Virus record (IMG/VR): IMGVR_UViG_3300046170_000494
Coordinates: 64,001-128,000 of that record
Direction: 5' to 3' (one strand)
From: a virus
Length of the DNA: 64,000 nucleotides
The position numbers and the translations under genes are program-made. Positions 54,855 to 64,000 of the stretch are shown one piece after another; within the stretch, counting starts at the first letter, position 1, and the number at the start of each line of letters is the position of its first letter. The notes under the pieces were generated by a model. It made no database searches. It was given only the letters and a program-made list of their open reading frames with translations, and was not told the DNA's origin.

Positions 54855-56761
54855 TGAAGAGGAAAAAGGTATTAATTCACAGTAATCACTGTAAAGCTTA
54901 TACAGGCTTTGGAAAAAATACTAAAAATATATTACTACATTTACATAAAACAGGTAAGTATGATTTAGTTGAATTCTCTAATGGAATGAGATGGGGAGAT
55001 CCTTCTTTAAAACTATTACCATGGAAAACCGAAGGTTCTCTACCGAGTGACACAGTCACTTTACAGAAAATGAATCAAGATCAAGCTCTAGCTAGAAATG
55101 CTGGTTATGGAGGTCAAACTATTGATAAAATCATAGAAAGGGAAAAGCCTGATGCTTACATAGGTATTGAAGACATATGGGCTTTCTCTGGATATACCGA
55201 TAAAAAATGGTGGAATAATATAAACTGTATGATATGGACTACTTTAGACAGTTTACCCATATTACCCGAAGCGGTCAAGAATGCTAACAAAATAAAAAAC
55301 TATTACACCTGGTCATCTTTTGCATCTAAAGAATTAAATAGATTAGGACACAAACACGTAGACACATTACATGGAGCTATAGACACCACTAATTTTTTCA
55401 AATTTAAAAGCGATGAAAAAATTAAATTAAGATCAAGACTTAAAATAGATAAAGATGATTTCATTATTGGATTTGTTTTCAGAAATCAGTTAAGGAAAAG
55501 CGTTCCAAACTTATTAGAGGGTTACAAAATATTTTGCGAAAAAAATCCAGAATGTTCGGCTAAATTATTATTACATACTCATTGGAAGGAAGGTTGGGAT
55601 ATACCTAGATTGATAAACGAAAAGGGTATAAACCCTAAAAACGTTTTAACAACATATGTTTGTGCGCATTGTAAAAATTTTGAAATCAAACCTTACGAAG
55701 AAGAAAAGAAAGATTGCGGTTTATGTGGTGCAGAGAAAACCCAAGTAACCCCAAACACTAGGCTAGGAGTTACTGAAGAACAGCTCAATGAGATTTACAA
55801 CCTGATGAATGTTTATTGCCATCCTTTTACCAGCGGAGGTCAAGAAATACCCATACAGGAGGCGAAACTTGTAGAACTTGTAACTTTAGTAACTAATTAT
55901 AGTTGCGGTGAAGATTGCTGCACAGAGGATAGTGCTGGACTACCTCTCAGTTGGTCAGAATATAGAGAGCCAGGCACTCAGTTTATCAAGGCTAGTACAA
56001 ATCCAGAAAGTATCGCAAGTCAGTTAAAAAAAGTTTACAGCATGAAAGACTCTAAACTCAAACTCCTAGGTAAACAAGCTCGCGACTTTGTGATAAAAAA
56101 CTATGGTATAGAGGCTATAGGTAAAAAATTAGAATCTATCATAGATAACATGCCTGAAGTAAATTGGGATTATGATTTTAAACCTATTGAAAAAAACCCA
56201 AACTATATTCCACCTGAAATAAAAAACGACGACGATTTTATAAAAGATATATATAAAAATATATTACAATTAGACGTAAACGAATCAGATGAAGGATTTA
56301 AACACTGGAAGAATAGACTATCCACCGATATGGATAGACATGGAGTATTGAAACATTTTCAACAAGTAGCTAAAAAAGAAAATAAAAAGCAGGAAAAAAT
56401 AGATTTTACTGATATTTTAGATAAAGAAGACGAAGGGAATAGAATTTTATTTTCAATGCCTCAAAGTATAGGTGATATCTACATGTCTACATCTTTATTA
56501 AAAAATATAAAAGAACTATACCCAAACTATAATATTTATTATGCAACAAAGCCTGAATACTTTGAAATATTAGAGGGAAACCCTTATATTCATAAAGTAA
56601 TTCCTTACAGTAAATCTTTAGATAGCTTACCAGCTATGGAAGGACAAGGCAACCATAAAGGTTTTTTTGAGATAGCTTTTCTTCCTTTTATCGGAACTCA
56701 AAAAATGTTAAATTACATTCACAATGGAAAAGATAAAATACAATTCGAATTATGCACTTAA
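54854..56761 (+). CDS. Multidomain glycosyltransferase (GT4 + GT9-like C-domain, CxxC insert)
   Basis: FRNQLRK, GGQEIPIQEAK, CAHC..CGLC, SIGDIYMST...GNPYI. Confidence 0.78.
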   Translation: MKRKKVLIHSNHCKAYTGFGKNTKNILLHLHKTGKYDLVEFSNGMRWGDPSLKLLPWKTEGSLPSDTVTLQKMNQDQALARNAGYGGQTIDKIIEREKPDAYIGIEDIWAFSGYTDKKWWNNINCMIWTTLDSLPILPEAVKNANKIKNYYTWSSFASKELNRLGHKHVDTLHGAIDTTNFFKFKSDEKIKLRSRLKIDKDDFIIGFVFRNQLRKSVPNLLEGYKIFCEKNPECSAKLLLHTHWKEGWDIPRLINEKGINPKNVLTTYVCAHCKNFEIKPYEEEKKDCGLCGAEKTQVTPNTRLGVTEEQLNEIYNLMNVYCHPFTSGGQEIPIQEAKLVELVTLVTNYSCGEDCCTEDSAGLPLSWSEYREPGTQFIKASTNPESIASQLKKVYSMKDSKLKLLGKQARDFVIKNYGIEAIGKKLESIIDNMPEVNWDYDFKPIEKNPNYIPPEIKNDDDFIKDIYKNILQLDVNESDEGFKHWKNRLSTDMDRHGVLKHFQQVAKKENKKQEKIDFTDILDKEDEGNRILFSMPQSIGDIYMSTSLLKNIKELYPNYNIYYATKPEYFEILEGNPYIHKVIPYSKSLDSLPAMEGQGNHKGFFEIAFLPFIGTQKMLNYIHNGKDKIQFELCT

Positions 56762-57906
56762 TAGAACAATATGCACTTTCATGTGGGGTTAAAATAGATA
56801 AACCCTTTATCGAGACTTCTTTTTTTCCTTCTCCATTTAATAAATATATTACAATTCATGCTAGTAGCGGAATGGATTCGAAAAATTACGACTACTATAA
56901 TGATGTGATAGAAATGATATTGCCCTTTTTAAAAAAAGAAGATATACATTTGGTGCAGATAGGCGGAAAAGACGACATAAAATTGAATCACTGCGAGCAT
57001 TTAAATGGAGCGACAACAATAAGACAAACAGCTTACATAATAGAAAAAAGCTTATTACATTTTGGCAACGATTCATTTTCTACTCACGTAGCGTCTGGTT
57101 TTAATAAAAAAATAGTTTCGCTATACAGCATATTATATAAAGAATGTTGTGGGCCTTATTGGGGAGATAAGAAAAATCATATACTACTAGAGTCTCACAG
57201 AAAAGGTTTAAAACCTTCTTTTTCTAATAAAGAATTACCTAAAATGGTAAACTTAATAAAACCAGAAGATATTGCCAGAGGAGTATTGGATTTATTAGAT
57301 ATACCTCATAATTTAAATAATATAGAAACAATTCATATAGGCTCAGAATACCATCTCCCATCTTTATCTGTTATCCCAAACCACGTCATGCCGGCAACAT
57401 TCGCACAAGGTCAACCAATAAACATTTGGGGGCACGAATTTTTTGACGAATCAAATATAGTAGAATGGGCATATAATAGAAAATGTAATATTTTTCTTAA
57501 TCAACCAATGTCGGTAAAATATTTAGATGTTATCAGACATAATATAAATCAAATTAATTATTTCGTAAATAAAGACACGGACCCAAAATACTTTAAAACA
57601 CTAGAGCGAGGTGGAGTTAAATTTAAACTATTATGCGAAAATGAAAACGATTTAAATGAACTAAGATTACATTTTTTCGATTGGGAAATACATGCCCACA
57701 AAAAAACAACAAAAAAAGATCTTGACAATATAGATAAAGTCTGCGATAATACTCGTTATAAAAGTCAAATTAAAGTAATATCAAACGCAAAAATATATAA
57801 TAGTAAAGCTGCATGGAAAGAAAATGAACAAAACAGCGACACAATTATCGACACACCAGAATTCTGGGAACAAATTAAATCATTTAAACTTTACAACGAA
57901 AAATAA
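56752..57906 (+). CDS. GT9-like (heptosyltransferase-like) protein
   Basis: ITIHAS, VQIGG, IRQTAYII, GNDSFSTHVA. Confidence 0.7.
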   Translation: MHLIEQYALSCGVKIDKPFIETSFFPSPFNKYITIHASSGMDSKNYDYYNDVIEMILPFLKKEDIHLVQIGGKDDIKLNHCEHLNGATTIRQTAYIIEKSLLHFGNDSFSTHVASGFNKKIVSLYSILYKECCGPYWGDKKNHILLESHRKGLKPSFSNKELPKMVNLIKPEDIARGVLDLLDIPHNLNNIETIHIGSEYHLPSLSVIPNHVMPATFAQGQPINIWGHEFFDESNIVEWAYNRKCNIFLNQPMSVKYLDVIRHNINQINYFVNKDTDPKYFKTLERGGVKFKLLCENENDLNELRLHFFDWEIHAHKKTTKKDLDNIDKVCDNTRYKSQIKVISNAKIYNSKAAWKENEQNSDTIIDTPEFWEQIKSFKLYNEK

Positions 57907-57907
57907 T

Positions 57908-58729
57908 ATGTCAACAAAAACAACCGCAGATAATTCAGTTACATACGAATCTCAAGCAACCATAAAATCTTCCAAAAAATCTATCCCCGAAAAATATAAA
58001 AATGGCCCAGGTCGTTTTTGTAGAAATGAATTCGGACTACTAAATGAAGTAGATTATGAATTTGATGAAGATGGTTCGGTAAACTGGAGGTCCATGATTA
58101 AAGATGAACATTTATTTCCTAATAAGTCATGGTTTGATTTACGTAAAAAAGATGTACCGCGAACAATTGATGGGCTAAAAGATCATCAGCTACTCATTAA
58201 GCTTTCAGGAATTAAAGAGCTCGCTAAGCTAAGAGGCTTCTCAGATGTATCTTATGAAGTCGTGAAATGTCAAGCAGACCACGTTGCAGTTATTTGTAGG
58301 GTTACATTTTTACCTAATTATGAAACTGGAGGCAAAGCAGTCACTTTTCAAGACATGGCAAATGCAACGTTAAATAATACAAGTAGTTTTGCAACTAAAT
58401 TTTTAGAGACCATTGCATGTAATCGTGCGTTTGTTCGTTGTGTTAGAAATTTTCTCAATGTCCATATTGTAGGCGATGATGAGATAGATAAATCATCCAA
58501 CAATAATAATGCTCAAGTTAATATATCAGCCACATTAACTCCTTATTCAATGATCGAAAACTTAGCTAAGGATAAATTAAATTGCGGAAATTTCGAAGAG
58601 TTTAAAGTAGTACTTCGTGATTGGTGGGCTTCAGGAAAATATAAAAATGATGAAGTCAAAAACTGGAATGATTATTCAGATATTCCTGCAACGCAAGCAA
58701 GAATACTAATGAAAGTCATGAATGAATAA
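57908..58729 (+). CDS. Putative ssDNA-annealing protein (Rad52/Sak-like)
   Basis: AVICRVTF...A.A...ETIACNRAFVRCVRNFLN..IVG pattern. Start revised to ATG 57908. Confidence 0.45.
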   Translation: MSTKTTADNSVTYESQATIKSSKKSIPEKYKNGPGRFCRNEFGLLNEVDYEFDEDGSVNWRSMIKDEHLFPNKSWFDLRKKDVPRTIDGLKDHQLLIKLSGIKELAKLRGFSDVSYEVVKCQADHVAVICRVTFLPNYETGGKAVTFQDMANATLNNTSSFATKFLETIACNRAFVRCVRNFLNVHIVGDDEIDKSSNNNNAQVNISATLTPYSMIENLAKDKLNCGNFEEFKVVLRDWWASGKYKNDEVKNWNDYSDIPATQARILMKVMNE

Positions 58730-58795
58730 AATTTAAAAATCAAACGCAGTTCACCGTATCATTAAGTTTATTCTTAATTCAGCCTATCATTGCGT

Positions 58796-59413
58796 TTAAT
58801 TTTCTAGTTTAGATATTCTTTCCTCTAAAGATTCTATTATTTTTTGTTGTTCTTTTATTGCTCCTACCAATAACGAAGTTACTCGATCGTATTTTACTGC
58901 TTTAAATCCATTTTCTCTAGTAGTTACTATTTCAGGAGCTACCTCTTCAACCTGTTGAGCGATAAGTCCTATATCGTGACCAGAATAAACTTCTTGATTA
59001 TCGTTCCAATTAAATTCTACAGCATCCAAAGATAATACTTTATTTAAAGGATTTTCTATTAATGTGATATCATCTTTTAGTCTTTCGTCGGAAGAAGTAA
59101 ATGCAACAACATCGCCATTTACATGTAAGCCATTAAAACAACCAACATAAAAAGCGTCAGTTAAATCGGCAGTAGTAAAACTTCCTATAATATGAGTATT
59201 AACTTTATCTTCAATTTTATTTCCATATCCTTGTATAATAGAACACCCTCTTGAATTTTTAATAATATTATTTTGTCCGGCTAATATTGCATTAATTCCG
59301 TCATACCCACCTCCAAACAAGCTAGAATCTGACGGAGGCAAAGGGTTATTACTTAAATTTTTCTCAGGACTTCTTAAATCAGGATTGTCAGTGGTTATAT
59401 CAGGAATACTCAT
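58796..59413 (-). CDS. Short fibre protein with a peptidase S74 intramolecular chaperone domain
   Basis: SSDERLKDDI, IGLIAQQVEEVAPEIV, VKYD...LLVGAIKE. Confidence 0.85.
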   Translation of the reverse strand: MSIPDITTDNPDLRSPEKNLSNNPLPPSDSSLFGGGYDGINAILAGQNNIIKNSRGCSIIQGYGNKIEDKVNTHIIGSFTTADLTDAFYVGCFNGLHVNGDVVAFTSSDERLKDDITLIENPLNKVLSLDAVEFNWNDNQEVYSGHDIGLIAQQVEEVAPEIVTTRENGFKAVKYDRVTSLLVGAIKEQQKIIESLEERISKLEN

Positions 59414-62400
59414 AATAATATATTATTGTTAGTGTTAGTATCGTTTGAATAATATTTTCCAGCAAAGTCTGGATAGGTAGCTTGATTCCAAATAAACATC
59501 CATGATCTACTTTGGCTCCAAATCCAATGACCTTGACTATTGTAAGAGTTACTAACATAAAAAAATCCGTTATATATGCTATTTGTTAATACTCCAGTGA
59601 CCCAATAATTACTTTCAGCCCCTTCATTAAAAGTAGGTATAACATATAAAGTGACTGGAACATTATTATAAAATGCATATTCAACATTAATGAAAAAACC
59701 TTGCTTCGAAATTTCATCGCCTCTTAATATTTGCTCTTGGATTTGAACTATCGCTCCGAATTTAGAATTATTTATGGTATAATGATAACCACTCGAAGAA
59801 GCTGCACTTGCTATTACAGCGTCAGTACCGTTTCTACCTAAAAGATAGGAGCTTAAAGGAAATCTTTTAGAATCAAGTACAACTTTTCTCTGGCTTGAAT
59901 TATATATATTATCAACATATGAGCCAAAGCTAATAACTGGTGGATCATACTCTATGCTATTATATTTTCCTGCGATTATACTTTGGCTACTACCTCCGTC
60001 AATTGAATTACTAACTCCCGCCCCGATTATATTTCCTCCCGCATTACCACTAACAAACTGAGGCATTTCATTATTATACCCCGCGCCGACAAAAGAAAAG
60101 TTATCTCCAACATTATTATTAAAACCTCCAGCTACTGTAGAGAATCTTCCGGTTATATCATTATATGCTCCACCAATAATCGCAGAAGCTAATCCGTGAT
60201 ATCCGCCATAACCAGTAATAAAATTATCATAACCACCTCCAATGAATGTTGCGTTTTCTCCATCTAAACTATTAAATCCAATACTAGAACCTCCAGCTGC
60301 GGAGTCCAGACCGTTCAATATAAGAGACCCTTTTAATTCTATTCTATTTTCTTGCCCATTAAATCTAATGTAAGAGTCTGAACCACCTATATCAAACTTA
60401 GGATTTGGCAAGCCATTTTCTTTTTCATTACCTATAAAAAATCCCGTAACGCCGTTTCCGTACTCTTTACCAACAGTTTTAATAATTCCGCCATGTCCAA
60501 CATATTGATTATTGGAATTAACATCCCCCTCTCCCATAGTAAGAGTATGAGTGATTGCAGTGTCTTGAGCTAACAATATATCAGTTGCAACCATATCAAA
60601 TTGAGCATCAAACTCTTGCCAATCGTTATTAGAAGAAGAAGGGGTGCTGCTAGTGGTTTCGGCTAAAGCCATCCAATATCCATTGCCATAAAATACTACA
60701 TCCCCTCTTAAAGATTCTTCCGTTGCTCCCTGATAAGTTTTACTTGAATCAAATTCTCCTCTAAAAACTATACCCGCACCCTTATTTCCTTTTCGCCCAT
60801 CAAAACTTAAAGATAGATTTTGTTCAACTGTGAAAGTGCGCACTCCGCCGTCATGATCACGTGTTGTTACATTGTAAGTAACTTTAGCTTTACTATTCGA
60901 TTCGGAGCTCCATCCACTTAATTTTGTTCGAAAGCTCTGATTAACTGGTGGCATAATGGATATAGTACAATTATTAGTTGAGGTTGTTACATAATACTCA
61001 CCATTTTGACTCCCACTTGTTCCTCCATATTCAAGAGAGTCGGTTCCCTCGAATACTGTTAATATATTTTCTGTTGTATTTAAATTCGCAACTGTATTTA
61101 TTTGACTCAATCCACCTTTTTGTCCATTAGCGTCTGTACCTACGGTTATAGTAACAAACTCTTGGCTTTGAAGTATCGTTATGCCATTAGATCCTTCTTT
61201 TAATTTACTAATAGTTATTTTATCTGTGGATTTTTTCACAAACGATGACCCAACATTAAAAGAGTCGTAAGCTTCAACCTCTATGACTGTAGGCAAGTCG
61301 CTGGAAGTGTAAGAGCTTGGAACAGTAAAACCATAAGTGTTATCACGGCTCATATTTTGCACTATAGTGTTATCTCTTTTAAATATAAAATGTGGAGTAT
61401 GATAATAAAAACCTCCAGCTTCAGCACTTACTGTTACCGTGCCGGCATGAGGATTTGAACCTAAAGAATTATATTGAATAGCTTGAGGTTGTGCGGTAAG
61501 ATCAAGAGTTCTTCCAGCAGAACCTTCTTTTATTTTACTAAAAGTATATAATCTCTCAAACTCAATAGGACCAAGATCAGCCCTTGTTGAACCCGCTTTA
61601 TAATGATTATCTTGAAGAGTTATTTTTAAAAAGCCAGTAGTTAAATCATCTGGTAAACTTGTAATTTCTATATTTAATTGATCAGATGAATTTTTAGTAG
61701 CGCTATATGATATACCGCCATCACTTTTCTCTATGCTTTTACAAGAATATGTACCGGTTTGATTAGATCCAGAAAGATATTCATAAGATTGATAACCCTT
61801 CATGAATACAGTATTAGTAGAAAATCCTTGGTAATCAGTACTATGAACTTTATTATTTTCGTCAGAAGGAAATGAAACGTTTTCGTTATCTAAAAATACT
61901 GTATATGAGTCTTTTCCTGGAAGCGATCCATATATAGTTACAAAATCACTAGCAATAACATTAGTATTATATATTCCACTAATTTCAACATGAGCAAGAA
62001 ATGGAGTATCATCATATTCATTAAATTTAAGATCTAAATTATTTATAGTATGACTAGTATTATCTTGTTGATTAGCTATCTCTACTAAATTATCTAAATC
62101 CTTACCAGTAGAAAATATATAATGCAATGAACCATATGTATTATATGGAATAGCTTTTAATGATAGTGTTTTATTATTGTCCTCAAACTCTCTATCGTAA
62201 TTATATTTATAAACTTGTTGAGCAGCATCTAATTCAACATATATAGAAGCTGCGCCGTCTGCAATAAAGTTAACAGAAATTGACCTCTCAGTAGAAGTTT
62301 TTTCTCCAGAAGCAGATATTAAAATTGTATTACATGTATTAGGTAATGTAGAATTAATTATATGATCAAATCCGGTGACACTAAATTCTGCTCTTGCCTG

Positions 62401-63999
62401 CTTAACAAATCCATTTGTAAAATCCGAAGCTGGATCATATGTAAATCCACTAATATCATATTTTCCATTTGAATCGCGATCATCGTAACCAAATATTGGA
62501 ATTATATTTCCACCAACAAATACTTTATCAGCTCTAAATCTAACCTCATCAGATTCAATAGAGCTATTTTGAAATCTAGCAATAATATCACAAATATCAT
62601 TATCATCTTCAGGTATATAGGTTCCATCTGATTGCTCAACATAAAAAAACGAATTAGGTTCAGCGGTCATATCTGGAAACGTATATTCTTTATCGTCTTC
62701 AGTTCTTAATTTTCCGGCAAGAGTTAATACCCCATTATCAAAATATAATCTACCATCGTCTCCTGCGAATACAAAACTTCCATCCCCGCTTATGGCAAAA
62801 CCTTTTTGTTGATCCCCGACAGTTGGAGCTAAACCAGAAAAACCTACACTTCTTATTTGCCCAGTTCCGCCTATTTGGATATCCTGACTTCGTACTTCTG
62901 CAGATCTAATTTTATCTGCAGTTAATGTATGGATTTTAGCGCTCGTTATGGCTGCTTCTCTTATATGAGCGGTTCCTATTGATGCATTTGCAAAAGCGTG
63001 CCACATAGGAGTAGCGGTACCTGCAGCATTACGAGCAATAATAAAATCATGCTCTTCTCCCAATAAAGAGGGTTTTAAGTTATTATTATAAGGGTCTCCA
63101 TTTAATTCTGTAGTGTCTCCCTCTCCTGCAGGATGATATTTCGATGTATTATAATTACCACTGTATACAATATTTCGAAGAGGATTATTTATACTACTAT
63201 TTAAAGGGCCTCCCCCAGCACCAGTTAGTCCTAAATGTCCACTCTGTACACTTGTGAGTGGAGTTACATCATATCCATGAGTAGCTTGTTTACCTGTCGC
63301 GCTCCAATATACATACGGTTCATCAGTATCAGCGAATCCTTCTCCTATTACATAACCAGTTCCATTGTAATAAACAAAATGTCTATCCCAGCTAATTTGG
63401 TTTGCTGATGGATAATTATCAAAGAAAGGGTCGTTAGGGACTAAAGCTAAAACATTAGGGAATGAATCTGTCAAGTTTTGTTCGAAATCGGCGAGGTCAG
63501 TTGTTTTTGCTTGACCCAAGATTAACTCAAGCCCCTTCACGTCATCTGTACTCAAATTAGCAGCTCCAGTAAATGGACCTTTATTTCCAACTTGATCTAC
63601 TGGCCTAACCCAAAAATATCTTTTATCATTTATTCCTCCTTTATGAGTGATTTGAGATAATTGAGAAATTGCCGGACTATTTAATATATTAGTTGCATTT
63701 GTAATTCCACTTCCAGGGTCTTGAAGTTCTGGAGGTATAGGACCAACACTACTTAATTCTTGTCCAATTCTATTAAATCCTGTATTAGACGCCTGAGTTA
63801 AATTAACATTTAATGTACCAAAATGCAAATAATCATCTTCTGATTCCCAAATTTCATAATATTTAACATCGTCAGGAACAATATCTAATCTTCCTACGCT
63901 ATAATTTGGCGCTGCCCAGTTAAGAAAATAGTTTTCAAATGCAGTATCTCCACTGAAATCTATAACAGGCCCAGGAACTAAATTTTTAAGAATATTTTC
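59410..63999 (-). CDS. Large tail tip/fibre protein, 5' end outside the window
   Basis: Frame open to the window end (ENILKNLVPGPV...YYEIWES, FN3-like); YFWVRPVD..GN, ITSAKI repeats, FRGEF..GDVV module, GGG.N beta-helix repeats. Confidence 0.75.
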   Translation of the reverse strand, partial: ENILKNLVPGPVIDFSGDTAFENYFLNWAAPNYSVGRLDIVPDDVKYYEIWESEDDYLHFGTLNVNLTQASNTGFNRIGQELSSVGPIPPELQDPGSGITNATNILNSPAISQLSQITHKGGINDKRYFWVRPVDQVGNKGPFTGAANLSTDDVKGLELILGQAKTTDLADFEQNLTDSFPNVLALVPNDPFFDNYPSANQISWDRHFVYYNGTGYVIGEGFADTDEPYVYWSATGKQATHGYDVTPLTSVQSGHLGLTGAGGGPLNSSINNPLRNIVYSGNYNTSKYHPAGEGDTTELNGDPYNNNLKPSLLGEEHDFIIARNAAGTATPMWHAFANASIGTAHIREAAITSAKIHTLTADKIRSAEVRSQDIQIGGTGQIRSVGFSGLAPTVGDQQKGFAISGDGSFVFAGDDGRLYFDNGVLTLAGKLRTEDDKEYTFPDMTAEPNSFFYVEQSDGTYIPEDDNDICDIIARFQNSSIESDEVRFRADKVFVGGNIIPIFGYDDRDSNGKYDISGFTYDPASDFTNGFVKQARAEFSVTGFDHIINSTLPNTCNTILISASGEKTSTERSISVNFIADGAASIYVELDAAQQVYKYNYDREFEDNNKTLSLKAIPYNTYGSLHYIFSTGKDLDNLVEIANQQDNTSHTINNLDLKFNEYDDTPFLAHVEISGIYNTNVIASDFVTIYGSLPGKDSYTVFLDNENVSFPSDENNKVHSTDYQGFSTNTVFMKGYQSYEYLSGSNQTGTYSCKSIEKSDGGISYSATKNSSDQLNIEITSLPDDLTTGFLKITLQDNHYKAGSTRADLGPIEFERLYTFSKIKEGSAGRTLDLTAQPQAIQYNSLGSNPHAGTVTVSAEAGGFYYHTPHFIFKRDNTIVQNMSRDNTYGFTVPSSYTSSDLPTVIEVEAYDSFNVGSSFVKKSTDKITISKLKEGSNGITILQSQEFVTITVGTDANGQKGGLSQINTVANLNTTENILTVFEGTDSLEYGGTSGSQNGEYYVTTSTNNCTISIMPPVNQSFRTKLSGWSSESNSKAKVTYNVTTRDHDGGVRTFTVEQNLSLSFDGRKGNKGAGIVFRGEFDSSKTYQGATEESLRGDVVFYGNGYWMALAETTSSTPSSSNNDWQEFDAQFDMVATDILLAQDTAITHTLTMGEGDVNSNNQYVGHGGIIKTVGKEYGNGVTGFFIGNEKENGLPNPKFDIGGSDSYIRFNGQENRIELKGSLILNGLDSAAGGSSIGFNSLDGENATFIGGGYDNFITGYGGYHGLASAIIGGAYNDITGRFSTVAGGFNNNVGDNFSFVGAGYNNEMPQFVSGNAGGNIIGAGVSNSIDGGSSQSIIAGKYNSIEYDPPVISFGSYVDNIYNSSQRKVVLDSKRFPLSSYLLGRNGTDAVIASAASSSGYHYTINNSKFGAIVQIQEQILRGDEISKQGFFINVEYAFYNNVPVTLYVIPTFNEGAESNYWVTGVLTNSIYNGFFYVSNSYNSQGHWIWSQSRSWMFIWNQATYPDFAGKYYSNDTNTNNNILL

Positions 64000-64000
64000 A

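Noticed and set aside
348-57076. Many 60-120 aa ORFs overlapping larger genes (e.g. 348..554, 7376..7720, 18899..19258, 15544..15789)
   Set aside because: Opposite-strand or alternate-frame shadows with no motifs or expression signals.
57722-57750. TTGACA-N17-GATAAT promoter
   Set aside because: Inside a CDS (encodes DLDN...CDN), imperfect -10, and ~160 nt from the next start, unlike the other promoters.
44059-57906. Glycosyltransferases as a DNA hypermodification system
   Set aside because: No base hydroxymethylase or similar enzyme in the window, and the families resemble surface-glycan enzymes; cannot be excluded without the full genome.
1-64000. Stop-codon reassignment
   Set aside because: Conserved genes end properly at TAG (nrdA), TAA and TGA, and coding density is high under the standard code.
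1-64000. tRNA or rRNA genes
   Set aside because: Intergenic gaps are short and no cloverleaf or T-loop (GTTCGA-type) context was seen by eye; tRNAscan-SE would be decisive.

Overview
AT-rich (roughly 30% GC by eye), gene-dense fragment of a large tailed dsDNA phage genome using the standard genetic code. No rRNA, tRNA or CRISPR array was seen. The window holds a replication module: a Pol III-type polymerase split into PHP, exonuclease and catalytic genes, RNR, primase, DnaB, RecA, nucleases, SSB and dNMP kinase. It also holds a probable portal, several repeat-rich fibre/structural proteins, a phage sigma factor, and about 14 glycosyltransferase or sugar-nucleotide genes. The host is inferred to be a PVC-superphylum bacterium, probably Verrucomicrobia, from the DUF1501 + DUF1549/DUF1553 genes and a Chlamydia-like class Ic NrdB. 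Most notable: (1) a DUF2827/GT34/GT25-GT32 cassette nested among Ser-rich, Ser-Gly-repeat fibre genes, a candidate virion glycosylation system; (2) a phage-borne PVC-type secreted DUF1549/1553-DUF1501 module with a beta-barrel; (3) three promoter classes readable from sequence (sigma70, a GTGTA-N9/10-start motif, and sigma54 at hsp20), with apparently leaderless mRNAs; (4) a tyrosyl-radical-free class Ic RNR; (5) a Whirly-like ssDNA-binding candidate. All family calls come from motif recognition, not database searches.
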